A stretch of DNA of 64,000 nucleotides from Planctomycetota bacterium (GTDB lineage Bacteria; Planctomycetota; B15-G4). The notes beneath the pieces are model-generated. The model saw nothing but the letters and a program-made list of their open reading frames with translations. It was not told the origin of the DNA and ran no database searches. This document shows, in pieces, positions 30,201-37,713 of the stretch (position 1 is its first letter; every line of letters starts with the position of its first letter). The position numbers were made by a program, and so were the translations under genes. The DNA is taken from positions 4,384,001-4,448,000 of the forward strand of contig CBDFJQ010000002.1 in assembly GCA_965248575.1 (NCBI GenBank). Direction: 5' to 3'.

Positions 30201-31078
30201 GGACGTTCGTCGAGCAACAGAGCCCGCGTGGGCTTGCCGGGAGCTTCGGTCACGGGCTCCGGCGCCAGGCTCGAGTTGAGGTAGAGGCTCGAGTACAGGG
30301 AGTCGAGAGAGACCTTGAAGGGCTCCTTGAACTCGATGACCGTGCGGGCCCGCGGTGGCTGGACGCTCACGAAGTCGGCGAGCGCCGATTGGCTGGTCGG
30401 TCCGCCCGTCATGCCCTCGGATGCAACGGGCACCATCGGAGAGCCACCGGAGGCCGGGGGCTGCGACGGGGGCATCGGAGTGGAGGCCGGCACGCCTGTG
30501 GGAACCGGTCCCAGCACCGACTCGGCGATGGTCAGCTCCTCGAAGCGCGCGTCGCTGTTCCGCTGCGTGTAGACGCCGACGTGCGCGCCGGGCACGAGTC
30601 GGCGTTCGGGCCACGCGTACACCAGCACGCCGTCCACGAGGAACACGAGTCGCGTCGGCTCGACGACGAGCCGCAGGTCGACCGTCTCAGGCGGCGCGTC
30701 GAAGTAGCGTTCCTTGCAGTCGTACTCGAAGCGCCCCTTCTCGACGCGCCCGATGCCGAAGTCGTAGCTGGCGTACGTGCTGCTCTTGCGGTCGATGAAG
30801 AACACACTGAAGTTCTGCGCGTCGACGACGTCGAACGCGAGCCCGGTCTGGTAGGTCGAGCCGGGCGCGCAGCGCAGGTTCAGCTCGCCTGCGGTGAGCA
30901 ACAGCGGTGTCTTCGACATGGCGAGCGAGCCGGTGCCGAGCTTGGTGGTGCCAGTGGACGTCGTCTGCTGCAGGACACCCCCGTCGCCGACGGTCCAGCT
31001 GGGCGCTTCGCCGGCGCCAGGGTGGATGGTCCAGTCCGCGCCCAGCGACGCGGCCGGAATGAGCCGGGTGATCCCCAT
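27206..31078 (-). CDS. 1290-aa protein: ConA-like lectin domain, coiled coils, putative beta-pore-forming C-terminal module
   Basis: GAGAGG SD before ATG 31078. Beta-sandwich ending G.VGVYT...ARFEEL, P-rich linker, heptad regions, then LGELSRSVNLFPGE...S/T-rich...LSNPNAGRTMNYHFFQV. The CDS is well supported; the function is inferred. Confidence 0.8.
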   Translation of the reverse strand: MGITRLIPAASLGADWTIHPGAGEAPSWTVGDGGVLQQTTSTGTTKLGTGSLAMSKTPLLLTAGELNLRCAPGSTYQTGLAFDVVDAQNFSVFFIDRKSSTYASYDFGIGRVEKGRFEYDCKERYFDAPPETVDLRLVVEPTRLVFLVDGVLVYAWPERRLVPGAHVGVYTQRNSDARFEELTIAESVLGPVPTGVPASTPMPPSQPPASGGSPMVPVASEGMTGGPTSQSALADFVSVQPPRARTVIEFKEPFKVSLDSLYSSLYLNSSLAPEPVTEAPGKPTRALLLDERPKRWYRELKNLDDAIRLSKLEVKRRSQLLDDLESAGVYPADVVKDDVPAPADDEASTELDPTSASEAWINRVDEHDRKIMEIRKRYLLAHDKLEGLVAERNVLVQEMRVGGFLVREDPAQVPQELKDLGYDFQVLGGVRGFADFKPIPTGGKDVSDSKTWSDIDTALGDGLSGRLSDQSTASFSAARTRVSSQDAFLASIAGDLSALDAEIETTDNTVSQLLKQKDEIENSTERWRDVRQILQDAQLQFPYFQWADYPVDGSGSGPQNNDRFRDWLSSHAQGIHEFLYTFSSSGSDYQVEIDRYEGFGWTHGYQIRVETVPLFRPRAWFEPGIGDIWIGNRQDIYYDMHKDAEIRNFFAVGMSICDHHINVLLPQEEAKLAGQVAVLSNTSVGLTHQRQDLVDNGLHQARLQFLDAWNRSDVIESQIDAERVVDPNADPLMDLLAEIEGEGDLAKVYTVEFDGDGYTTNEGQPILDFVESASSLPHVVVLLLPVFDRLGRVQPEVQNAVVNPARSTRLAQLPSIAFVETYRTDIVWKGFCLGELSRSVNLFPGEEKELVIEKRTRLAEKMSTKEERSTVTRRKMTASFEERLEDAFTEKNRNASKSSLKEIDGRKQTVGRVLTDEHRKTDSLSVAMDLTGNISKSKEETASYENIDQGDGGDKETTKYDGKRGKSRSLGAQVGWKAGSETSDINKDVKSDALTITRHQTSQKSNEESKETVKKSIANRLRKVASEASAENKVSFSMLSVTDYEETNAEKETVQLSNPNAGRTMNYHFFQVQNLYETRTHLADVQVVVDPGIELVKGGDLTDTRVFQLEEFGKILCNMDERDARVALLSAIVARQVIKTYTRFEMAPQSGKDVLRITDAAPVDLELLSLLNLTNEWSEWDAGKSLEQNLVGPLREALAHLKGRSFRFHEVDLLEPQSETVNTGSYFMDAEVGGQPATERYLEERREIETQKQRSEVEHQRAQTAARVFFPKVPEGVTELSMDPGSGDGR

Positions 31079-31278
31079 GGTCCTCTCCCTCCGACGCGCG
31101 CGGCGTCGCAGGCAGGGCACACCCTCCTGACGGTTCACCCTGCCGTGGTGGCTGACAGATGCCCTCGCCCAGGTCCACCCTAGCAGGCACCCGGGAACGC
31201 GTGCGGTCGCGGCAAGCGGAACATTGTTCCCGAGGGACGGCGGCCCACACCCAGCGCCCGATCCCTCAGGGCACGACG

Positions 31279-31500
31279 CCCCTCGCAGCGTTGTCTACGA
31301 ATACCGGCGTGGACCATTCCCAGGCCACGGGATCTGGACGACCGAAGCGGGAGCGGAGCCGAGAACGACAAGCGTCAGCTATCGCATCAAGCTGTTTGCG
31401 ACCAACGCGGTCACTCGGTTCGCATCGGCGAACGCGTTCTTTCGATGGAAGCACACCCGATGATGTGCAACGGGTCTTGGCCTGCCTGGAATACCGCTGA
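31279..31500 (+). pseudogene. Possible SRPBCC-like 3' remnant with a frameshift
   Basis: SVVYEYRRGPFPGHGIW...TSVSYRIKL...FFRWKHT, continuing in another frame as DVQRVLACLEYR*. Confidence 0.3.
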
Positions 31501-31741
31501 GGGAGGCTGCGATCGGTGATGCGGGTCCCTCGATCCGGCGAGAGAGAGTTACGGCCGATGTCGTCGAGCGTCAGTCACGTCCTCGCGATCAGTCGCACCT
31601 GGCCAACGACCCGGGTTGCCGTTCACGCAGCCGTCGGGCCCGGATCGCGCGGGGAGTGCGAGCCGGGAGCCCTCTCTCCGGCGCCTCCGCGCCCCTTGAG
31701 GACACGAAAGCCACCGATCGGGCATTTCGTCGAGGTTTGGC

Positions 31742-31770
31742 TTGAACGATCACTCAAATCGAACTAGGGT
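31742..31770 (+). promoter_or_regulatory. Sigma70-like promoter overlapped by a TetR-type operator
   Basis: TTGAAC-17-TAGGGT; palindrome TTGAacGATCacTCAA at 31742-31757. Confidence 0.65.
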
Positions 31771-31797
31771 GCTGAACATCGCCTCCGGAAGACGCCC

Positions 31798-32382
31798 ATG
31801 TCCCTCTCGACACGTGAACGGCTGATCGACAGCTCCCGCCGGCTCTTTCATGAGCAGGGTTTCGAGGCCACTGGAGTTGCGCAGGTGCTGCGCTCGGCTG
31901 ACCTGCACGCGGGCTCCCTCTATCACTACTTTTCCGGCAAGCAGGCACTGCTCGAAGGCGTCCTGCAGCGCTACGAGGAGCAGCTCGGGCCGCTCGTGAT
32001 GGACCCCATCGAGAAGACCCAGTCGGACCCCCTCGAACGCATCTTCGACCTGCTCGCCTGGTACCGCGCGGGCATGCTGCGGGACGAGTGCCGCAACGGT
32101 TGCCCCGTCGGCAACCTGGCGCTCGAGCTCAGCGACAGATACCCCGAACTCCGTCCGCGGATCGATGGCCTGCTTCGCAGTTGGACCGCGCGCATCAGGC
32201 GCTGGTTGGACGAGGCGTCTGATCAACTCCCGCCTGGCATGGACACGGAGCCGCTCTCGCACTTCGTCCTCACAGTCATGGAGGGCGGCCTCCTGCAGGC
32301 TCGCGCAGCCCATGAGCTGACGCCCTACGACCACTCTGTTCACGTGCTGCGTGACTACTTCAACCGTCTGAGGCAATCATGA
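31798..32382 (+). CDS. TetR-family regulator (LmrA/YxaF-like)
   Basis: TRERLI...LF.EQGFEATG.....AGSLYHYFSGK; GCPVGNLALE. Confidence 0.9.
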   Translation: MSLSTRERLIDSSRRLFHEQGFEATGVAQVLRSADLHAGSLYHYFSGKQALLEGVLQRYEEQLGPLVMDPIEKTQSDPLERIFDLLAWYRAGMLRDECRNGCPVGNLALELSDRYPELRPRIDGLLRSWTARIRRWLDEASDQLPPGMDTEPLSHFVLTVMEGGLLQARAAHELTPYDHSVHVLRDYFNRLRQS

Positions 32383-32954
32383 ACAAGACGATTCCCATCC
32401 TCGCCGCTCTCCTGCTCCCGCTGTCCGCGTTGGTCTTGGGGCCGCACGCCGAATCCGATGTCAACATGACAACCAAGCCGATCGAGACCAGCCTGTTCGA
32501 TGCCGGCGGCATGCACGTTCGCTCCTTCGTGAAGGAGACCGTCATCCACGCACCGGTCGCCGAGCTGTTCGCTGCCTGGGGCGACGCCGAGGTCTTTCCG
32601 AAAGCCTATGCCCCTGAAGACCCCAAACTCTCGGCCAATATCGATCTCGTCATCGGTGGGCGTTACGAATGGCTCTGGGATGGAGTGACGGGCAGCAACG
32701 CCTGCCAGGTCCTGAGCTACATCCCCGACAGGATGATCAGCTTCAGCTGGAGTGCGCCGCCCTCCCAACCCGAGAGCCGCAAAAAGCTCACCTGGGTGGT
32801 GGTCGAGTTCGACGCGCTCGAGGGCGGATCGACGAAGCTCACGTTGACCCACCTGGGCTTTGGAAAAGAGGCTCACTGGGATGAGACGTTCGATTATTTC
32901 TCCGCTGCCTGGCCCCACGTCTTCGAGCAGTTCCGCAAGCACCTGGAGCGATAG
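32379..32954 (+). CDS. Exported SRPBCC (AHSA1-like) protein
   Basis: ATGA overlap with the TetR gene; signal peptide; IHAPV.ELF.AW...ISFSW..P...T.V.V.F...TKLTLTH.GF. Confidence 0.85.
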   Translation: MNKTIPILAALLLPLSALVLGPHAESDVNMTTKPIETSLFDAGGMHVRSFVKETVIHAPVAELFAAWGDAEVFPKAYAPEDPKLSANIDLVIGGRYEWLWDGVTGSNACQVLSYIPDRMISFSWSAPPSQPESRKKLTWVVVEFDALEGGSTKLTLTHLGFGKEAHWDETFDYFSAAWPHVFEQFRKHLER

Positions 32955-32955
32955 A

Positions 32956-33480
32956 GTGCCCACAAGCGCATCGCCGGCAGCAGCCGCTCTTCCCATTCGC
33001 ATCCTGACCAGGCAGTTCGAGCTCACGGCGTACACGATCCGCGAGAACACACGCGAAATCGATCACGACGATTCGATGTTCCAACCGCCGAACGGCACGA
33101 ACTGCCTGAACTGGATCTTCGGTCACATCCTCGCGAACCAGAACACCGCCTTGAACCTCCTCGGTGAGGATCCTGTGTCGAGTCTCGAGGACGACTCCCG
33201 CTACGCGCGTGGCAGCGAGCCCCTGACCGATCCAGCTCAGGCGGTTCGCTTCGAGCGGATGCTCGCCGACTTCTTGACAGGCAGGGAGCGACTCGGGCCA
33301 CGGCTCGCGGCACTCACAACGACTGAGCTGGGCGAGGTGGCGTCGACCGGGGCCCCGATCGGTGGGGGCGGGAAGTCCCTGCTCGACGTGCTGGCCGGCC
33401 TCGCGTTCCACGAGGCTTACCACGCGGGTCAGCTGGGCATTCTCCGTCGACTGATCGGCCGGGCAGGCGTGCTGAGCTGA
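32956..33480 (+). CDS. DinB-family protein
   Basis: NCLNWIFGHI and FHEAYHAGQL metal-binding histidines. Confidence 0.85.
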   Translation: MPTSASPAAAALPIRILTRQFELTAYTIRENTREIDHDDSMFQPPNGTNCLNWIFGHILANQNTALNLLGEDPVSSLEDDSRYARGSEPLTDPAQAVRFERMLADFLTGRERLGPRLAALTTTELGEVASTGAPIGGGGKSLLDVLAGLAFHEAYHAGQLGILRRLIGRAGVLS

Positions 33481-33528
33481 TTGCGCTGGCCGAGGCGGGC
33501 TGTCACCACACTCACTGGAAGAGATGCC

Positions 33529-33960
33529 ATGCCGGATGTCCTTTTCGACCTCCCCATCAAGGCCACTCTCCGAAGTGTGTTCGACGGAATCAGCACGCCC
33601 GCCGGGCTCGACTGCTGGTGGACCCAGACCTCAGCGGGGCGCCCCGCAGCGGGCAACGAGTACGAACTCGGATTCGGCCCGACGTACGAGTGGCGTGCAG
33701 AGGTGACGCGCTGCGAGCCGGCCACGGAGTTCGAGCTGGAAATCCTGCGGGCAGACGTCGACTGGACCGGAACCCGCGTCGGCTTCCGACTCGAAGAGCG
33801 GGACGGCGTGACATGGATGCAGTTCCGCCATACCGGGTGGCCTGAAGCGAACGAGCATTACCGGATCTCGTCCAACTGCTGGGCGTCGTACTTGAGGATT
33901 CTGCGCCGTCAGTTGGAGCACGGCGAGTCGGTCGCCTATGAGCAGCGCCTCGACGTCTGA
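33529..33960 (+). CDS. SRPBCC (AHSA1-like) protein
   Basis: VFD.ISTP.GL..WWT; DWTGTRVGF.L; FRHTGW; CWASYL. Confidence 0.85.
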   Translation: MPDVLFDLPIKATLRSVFDGISTPAGLDCWWTQTSAGRPAAGNEYELGFGPTYEWRAEVTRCEPATEFELEILRADVDWTGTRVGFRLEERDGVTWMQFRHTGWPEANEHYRISSNCWASYLRILRRQLEHGESVAYEQRLDV

Positions 33961-34162
33961 ACGTGCAGACGCCGAACGCCTGTGGGTCCTGAATCCTGCC
34001 TTGCTTGACCGCCATGCGTGGATGGAACGACGCGATCGTCCGTCACGCTGCGCGCGAGTCGACGTGATGCAGGCCGCCGAGCACAGCCCGGCTCCGCACT
34101 CCGTCGTCACCACCGAGACTCCCGAATGGCGGCCTGATGACGGGGGACACGACGGGCCCCGG

Positions 34163-34927
34163 TCAGTCCTGGCGCAGCGCGCCGGCGTTGACTGCTGGAG
34201 AACGGCTCAAGCGCAGCACCTCGTCGAGGTCCTCGTGCAGCGTCTCAGCGGTCCGCCACCAACGGTCGGGCATGGGCATTCCGATGCAGGTGAGCATGTA
34301 CGCGGTCCAGTCGTGACAGTTCGAGCACATGGCATAATCGTAGGTGCTGGCATAGAACTCCGCACGCTCACCGGCGAGTTGCCCGATCATCGATGCGCCT
34401 GCCGGATCCAACCAGAGAGACAGTTCCGTGAGCAGGGAAGACATCTGCCCCGCCGTCACCGGGATGCGCCAGACGCGCCCGGTCTCCCGGACCGATCTGT
34501 AGAGCTCGGCGTCCAGGTTCGTGACGAGGACGAGCCCGTCGTCAGGCGCCAAGAGCAGACGTGCGACCTTGGTCCAGCTCCGATCTTCGGCGAGCGCCCA
34601 TTCCTTGTTGGAGAACCCCACCTCCACGTAGGCCGAGCGCTTCGGTGCATCGTCGAGCGTACCTTCCGTCTTCCCTTGGAGACGCGGATCGAGCGACATC
34701 TCGAAGGGAATGAGCTCCTCGCGAATGTAGAAACCGCTGTGGAAGCCGTTGCTGAAGACAGTCAACGTCTCCGTCGCATCGGTAGCGGCCAGCGGGGCCG
34801 GCTCGGCCCTTCGATGGCGATCAGGCCAGCTGGCGGTGCACGAGCTGCAGACGCAGAGCACTGCCAGAAGCATCGTGAGCCGAAGGGTGATGGGAGCGCT
34901 CCGGCCCCGAGAACGCCGCGCGTCCAT
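34163..34927 (-). CDS. DUF2459-family putative lipoprotein
   Basis: Lipobox-like CSSC; SNGFHSG, YVEVGF, FY...Y....NCHDWTA..L...G. Start is uncertain. Confidence 0.7.
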   Translation of the reverse strand: MDARRSRGRSAPITLRLTMLLAVLCVCSSCTASWPDRHRRAEPAPLAATDATETLTVFSNGFHSGFYIREELIPFEMSLDPRLQGKTEGTLDDAPKRSAYVEVGFSNKEWALAEDRSWTKVARLLLAPDDGLVLVTNLDAELYRSVRETGRVWRIPVTAGQMSSLLTELSLWLDPAGASMIGQLAGERAEFYASTYDYAMCSNCHDWTAYMLTCIGMPMPDRWWRTAETLHEDLDEVLRLSRSPAVNAGALRQD

Positions 34928-34979
34928 GCGGTGGGCGCTCCCCTCCCACCCGAAAAGGGTGGGGGCCCGAATCACAGGC

Positions 34980-35333
34980 TCACCGATTTGCGAAGGCGGC
35001 GCCCCGCCCCTTGATGGTGACCGTCGCAGTGGCCCAGACCAGGTAGCTGGTGACCGAGATCTTCTTCTTCGGGTTCAAGACGATGTCGATGTCGTCGCGC
35101 TCGTAGATGGCCTTGCCCACGGCCTGCTCCGCGGCGTCCTGGATGATCAACCCCAAACCCCAGACGCTCGGGCAAAACCTGCTGGCCGTGCCGGTCGACT
35201 CGACCGGAGCGACGATCGTGTAGGCCAGCGGCGCAGCAACTGGTGGCGCCGTCATGATGGGGCCAGTCCGCTCCTGGAGGGTGCAGCCGGTGAAGGCGAG
35301 GCAGCATGCGACGGCGATCAGGGACGTCTTCAT
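34980..35333 (-). CDS. Small lipoprotein
   Basis: MKTSLIAVACCLAFTG-C lipobox. Confidence 0.7.
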   Translation of the reverse strand: MKTSLIAVACCLAFTGCTLQERTGPIMTAPPVAAPLAYTIVAPVESTGTASRFCPSVWGLGLIIQDAAEQAVGKAIYERDDIDIVLNPKKKISVTSYLVWATATVTIKGRGAAFANR

Positions 35334-35558
35334 ATTGGTTCTCTTGGTCACGGGACACGGAGGAGCAAATAACCCGTCCGGACTCTACGAGCAGCATGAG
35401 ATAGGGGCAAGCCCGTTTCCTGGGGTGCGGGAGGCATGCCATCCAGTCGACGGAACAAGGCTCACCGAGTGGCCGACCTCGCCGCCCGGCAGCCCCCCTT
35501 CGGACCTCTGGCTGCTCTTCAAGGACCTCAAGATGCGCTCCGGGAGGACGCCGCAGGC

Positions 35559-35585
35559 GGCTGAGCAATCGCCTCTTCTCTCAGA
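35559..35585 (+). repeat. Dispersed motif, partial copy
   Basis: GGCTGAG followed by AATCGCCTCTTCTC (14/14 identical to 11286-11299), with the middle missing. Confidence 0.4.
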
Positions 35586-35805
35586 CGCCAGGCTTTGATT
35601 GGCACTCACGGAGCAGCCGTGGCTTGCTAACATCCCCGCGACAGGAGAGTGCGCAGGGCTCCACTCCGGTCGGTTTCGTCAAGGATTGCGGCGGCGTGAT
35701 TACACCGGTGACCCAATGCCTTCATGAAGGCGAACTCCTCTGTCAGCCGGCTCGCTACGTGGGCTCTTCTTGGTGCGGTGTCATGTGCATGTTTCGGAGG
35801 TATGG

Positions 35806-36126
35806 ATGAAGCTTTCCAGGGTGGTCATGTTGTTGTGCGTCTTGATGTTGAATGGCTGCATGACGTTCACTGACCTGGGTCTGGCGAACGGTGCGAAGAA
35901 GGACCGGATCTATGGTGGTGTGCGAGCGAGCTTTGAGGAAGGGTTGGGCTCCGGTCGAGGTGGTAGGCGCGTGGGGATGCTGATCTTCAGGGTGATCGAT
36001 ATCCCGCTGTGTGTCGTTGCCGATACGATTGTGTTGCCTTACACGATCTTGGTTTGGGCCGTTGACCCTGGCTATGACCCTGATGAGGACGGGACGCAGG
36101 ATGATGCTGTGGAGTACCAGCATTGA
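35806..36126 (+). CDS. YceK/YidQ-family (DUF1375) lipoprotein
   Basis: GGAGG SD; LNG-C lipobox; IYGGVR...IDIPLCVVADTIVLPY. Confidence 0.85.
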   Translation: MKLSRVVMLLCVLMLNGCMTFTDLGLANGAKKDRIYGGVRASFEEGLGSGRGGRRVGMLIFRVIDIPLCVVADTIVLPYTILVWAVDPGYDPDEDGTQDDAVEYQH

Positions 36127-36455
36127 TGGCGTCGAAGCCGCTCAATGGCGCAAGACTGGTCTAGCAGCCAGCGTCGACCAGTGTCCGGGCCCGATCCGCG
36201 ACGGACCAGCTTGAGAGCGCTCCGTGCTGATCGGCCGAACCATTGCCGAACCTCAAAACAGGGGGGGCGGCCTCCTGCGGTGGCGACGTCGACCTGAAGG
36301 CGCTGCCCGGGCCCACCCTCCCTTGTGCCATCTGGGGTCCTCCGTTACATTTCGAACGACTCCGTCCCTGGGCGCTGCGGGTCAAGCCGGGCGACCAGAC
36401 CGTGGGCGGAATCGACGATCCTGATGCACTGATCCAAGATCCAAAACCCAACTTC

Positions 36456-37127
36456 ATGAGGATGGCTGCCTTGAGCGTTCCTGAGTCCTGCCGACGTCTG
36501 CTGGTTCTCGCCCTCCTGGGCATGGCCGCGTGCACCCAATCGACCATCCTGCGGATCGACTCCGACCCACCGGGTGCCGACATCAACATTACGAACCTGG
36601 GCTTCATGGGCGCGACGCCGCAGGAGAAGAGCTTCACCAACGCGGAGATCAAGAAGCTGGGCGGCAGTGCTCCCGGGCTTTTCCAGTGGGTGGCCCGCGA
36701 CCCGGGTTCCTTCGGAGTCACGATCTCGAAGCGCGGCTACCTGGATACGGTTCAGACAATCAACATGGAATACGGCGAGCGCATGTCGATCCGGCTGGAG
36801 CTGGTCGCGCGGCTCGAGGCCACCGAGATCACTTCCGATCCGGCCGGGGCCAGCGTCTTCCACATGAGGCTCTCTCCCTCAGCGGGTGCAGCGACCAGAA
36901 CCTCGTTCGCGAGCAATGCGCTCGCCGCGCTGGGAACAGCCGCCCCTGGGGAGATCGAGCTCATCTTCCTCGGGATCACCCCGCACAACCTCAGGTACAA
37001 CCCCGCCCAACCGATCATGACGGGAGACTTCATCCTCTTCCAGAAGGAGAGGTACAAGGACGCGGTCTCGGTCTACAACGCGACCCAGGCCCGTCTCCAC
37101 GCGGTCATGCAGCCGGGGACTCCTTAA
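36456..37127 (+). CDS. PEGA-domain lipoprotein
   Basis: MAA-C lipobox; LRIDSDPPGADI...G.TP...VTISKRGY; a second ITSDPAGASV unit. Confidence 0.75.
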   Translation: MRMAALSVPESCRRLLVLALLGMAACTQSTILRIDSDPPGADINITNLGFMGATPQEKSFTNAEIKKLGGSAPGLFQWVARDPGSFGVTISKRGYLDTVQTINMEYGERMSIRLELVARLEATEITSDPAGASVFHMRLSPSAGAATRTSFASNALAALGTAAPGEIELIFLGITPHNLRYNPAQPIMTGDFILFQKERYKDAVSVYNATQARLHAVMQPGTP

Positions 37128-37185
37128 GTCACGAGGTCTGAGAACCGGTTGAGCTGGAGTTCGAGAGACGCATAGAGGGCAATCC

Positions 37186-37710
37186 GTGACCGAAGAGAAC
37201 GCGTCGGTGGAGTTCCTGCGACTGGGCTACCCGAGCCAGCTCTGCAGGCCGATCCCCAGCTTCATCCTGGCGATGCCGTCCCACTGGGTGGTCAGCGAGT
37301 TCCCCGACGCGCTGTATGCGGTGGGCAGCCCCGTCGGAGAGGAAGGCGGCCTCGTGGACGAACACTGGTCCAACTTGATCGTCCACCACGAGCGCATCCT
37401 GCCCACCACGACCGCCGAGGAACGGTCCCGGATCCACTGGAACGTCTACAAGCAGGAGGTGCCCCAGGCCGTCCTGAAGGGGGAGACCACGGTCGAGTTC
37501 GGCGAGCTGACCTACGTCGTCCGCGAGATGGAGATCCCTGACGACACGGAAGACGGCGACACGACCCGGATCGATGCCTTCATGATCGCGCCCGACCGGA
37601 GCCATGCGACCCACGACCTGTTCCAGATCTCCGCGCTCCACCCATCCGCAGCGGGCGACGATCGCCGCCACCTCATCCTTGAGATGCTGGCCAGTCTGAG
37701 GTTCGAGTAG
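37186..37710 (+). CDS. Hypothetical cytoplasmic protein, possible PsbP/LpqN/DcrB-like fold
   Basis: YPS...PSF.LAMP..W....N.IV..ER pattern, ends MLASLRFE. Stop is 3 nt before the next ATG. Confidence 0.65.
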   Translation: MTEENASVEFLRLGYPSQLCRPIPSFILAMPSHWVVSEFPDALYAVGSPVGEEGGLVDEHWSNLIVHHERILPTTTAEERSRIHWNVYKQEVPQAVLKGETTVEFGELTYVVREMEIPDDTEDGDTTRIDAFMIAPDRSHATHDLFQISALHPSAAGDDRRHLILEMLASLRFE

Positions 37711-37713
37711 GAC

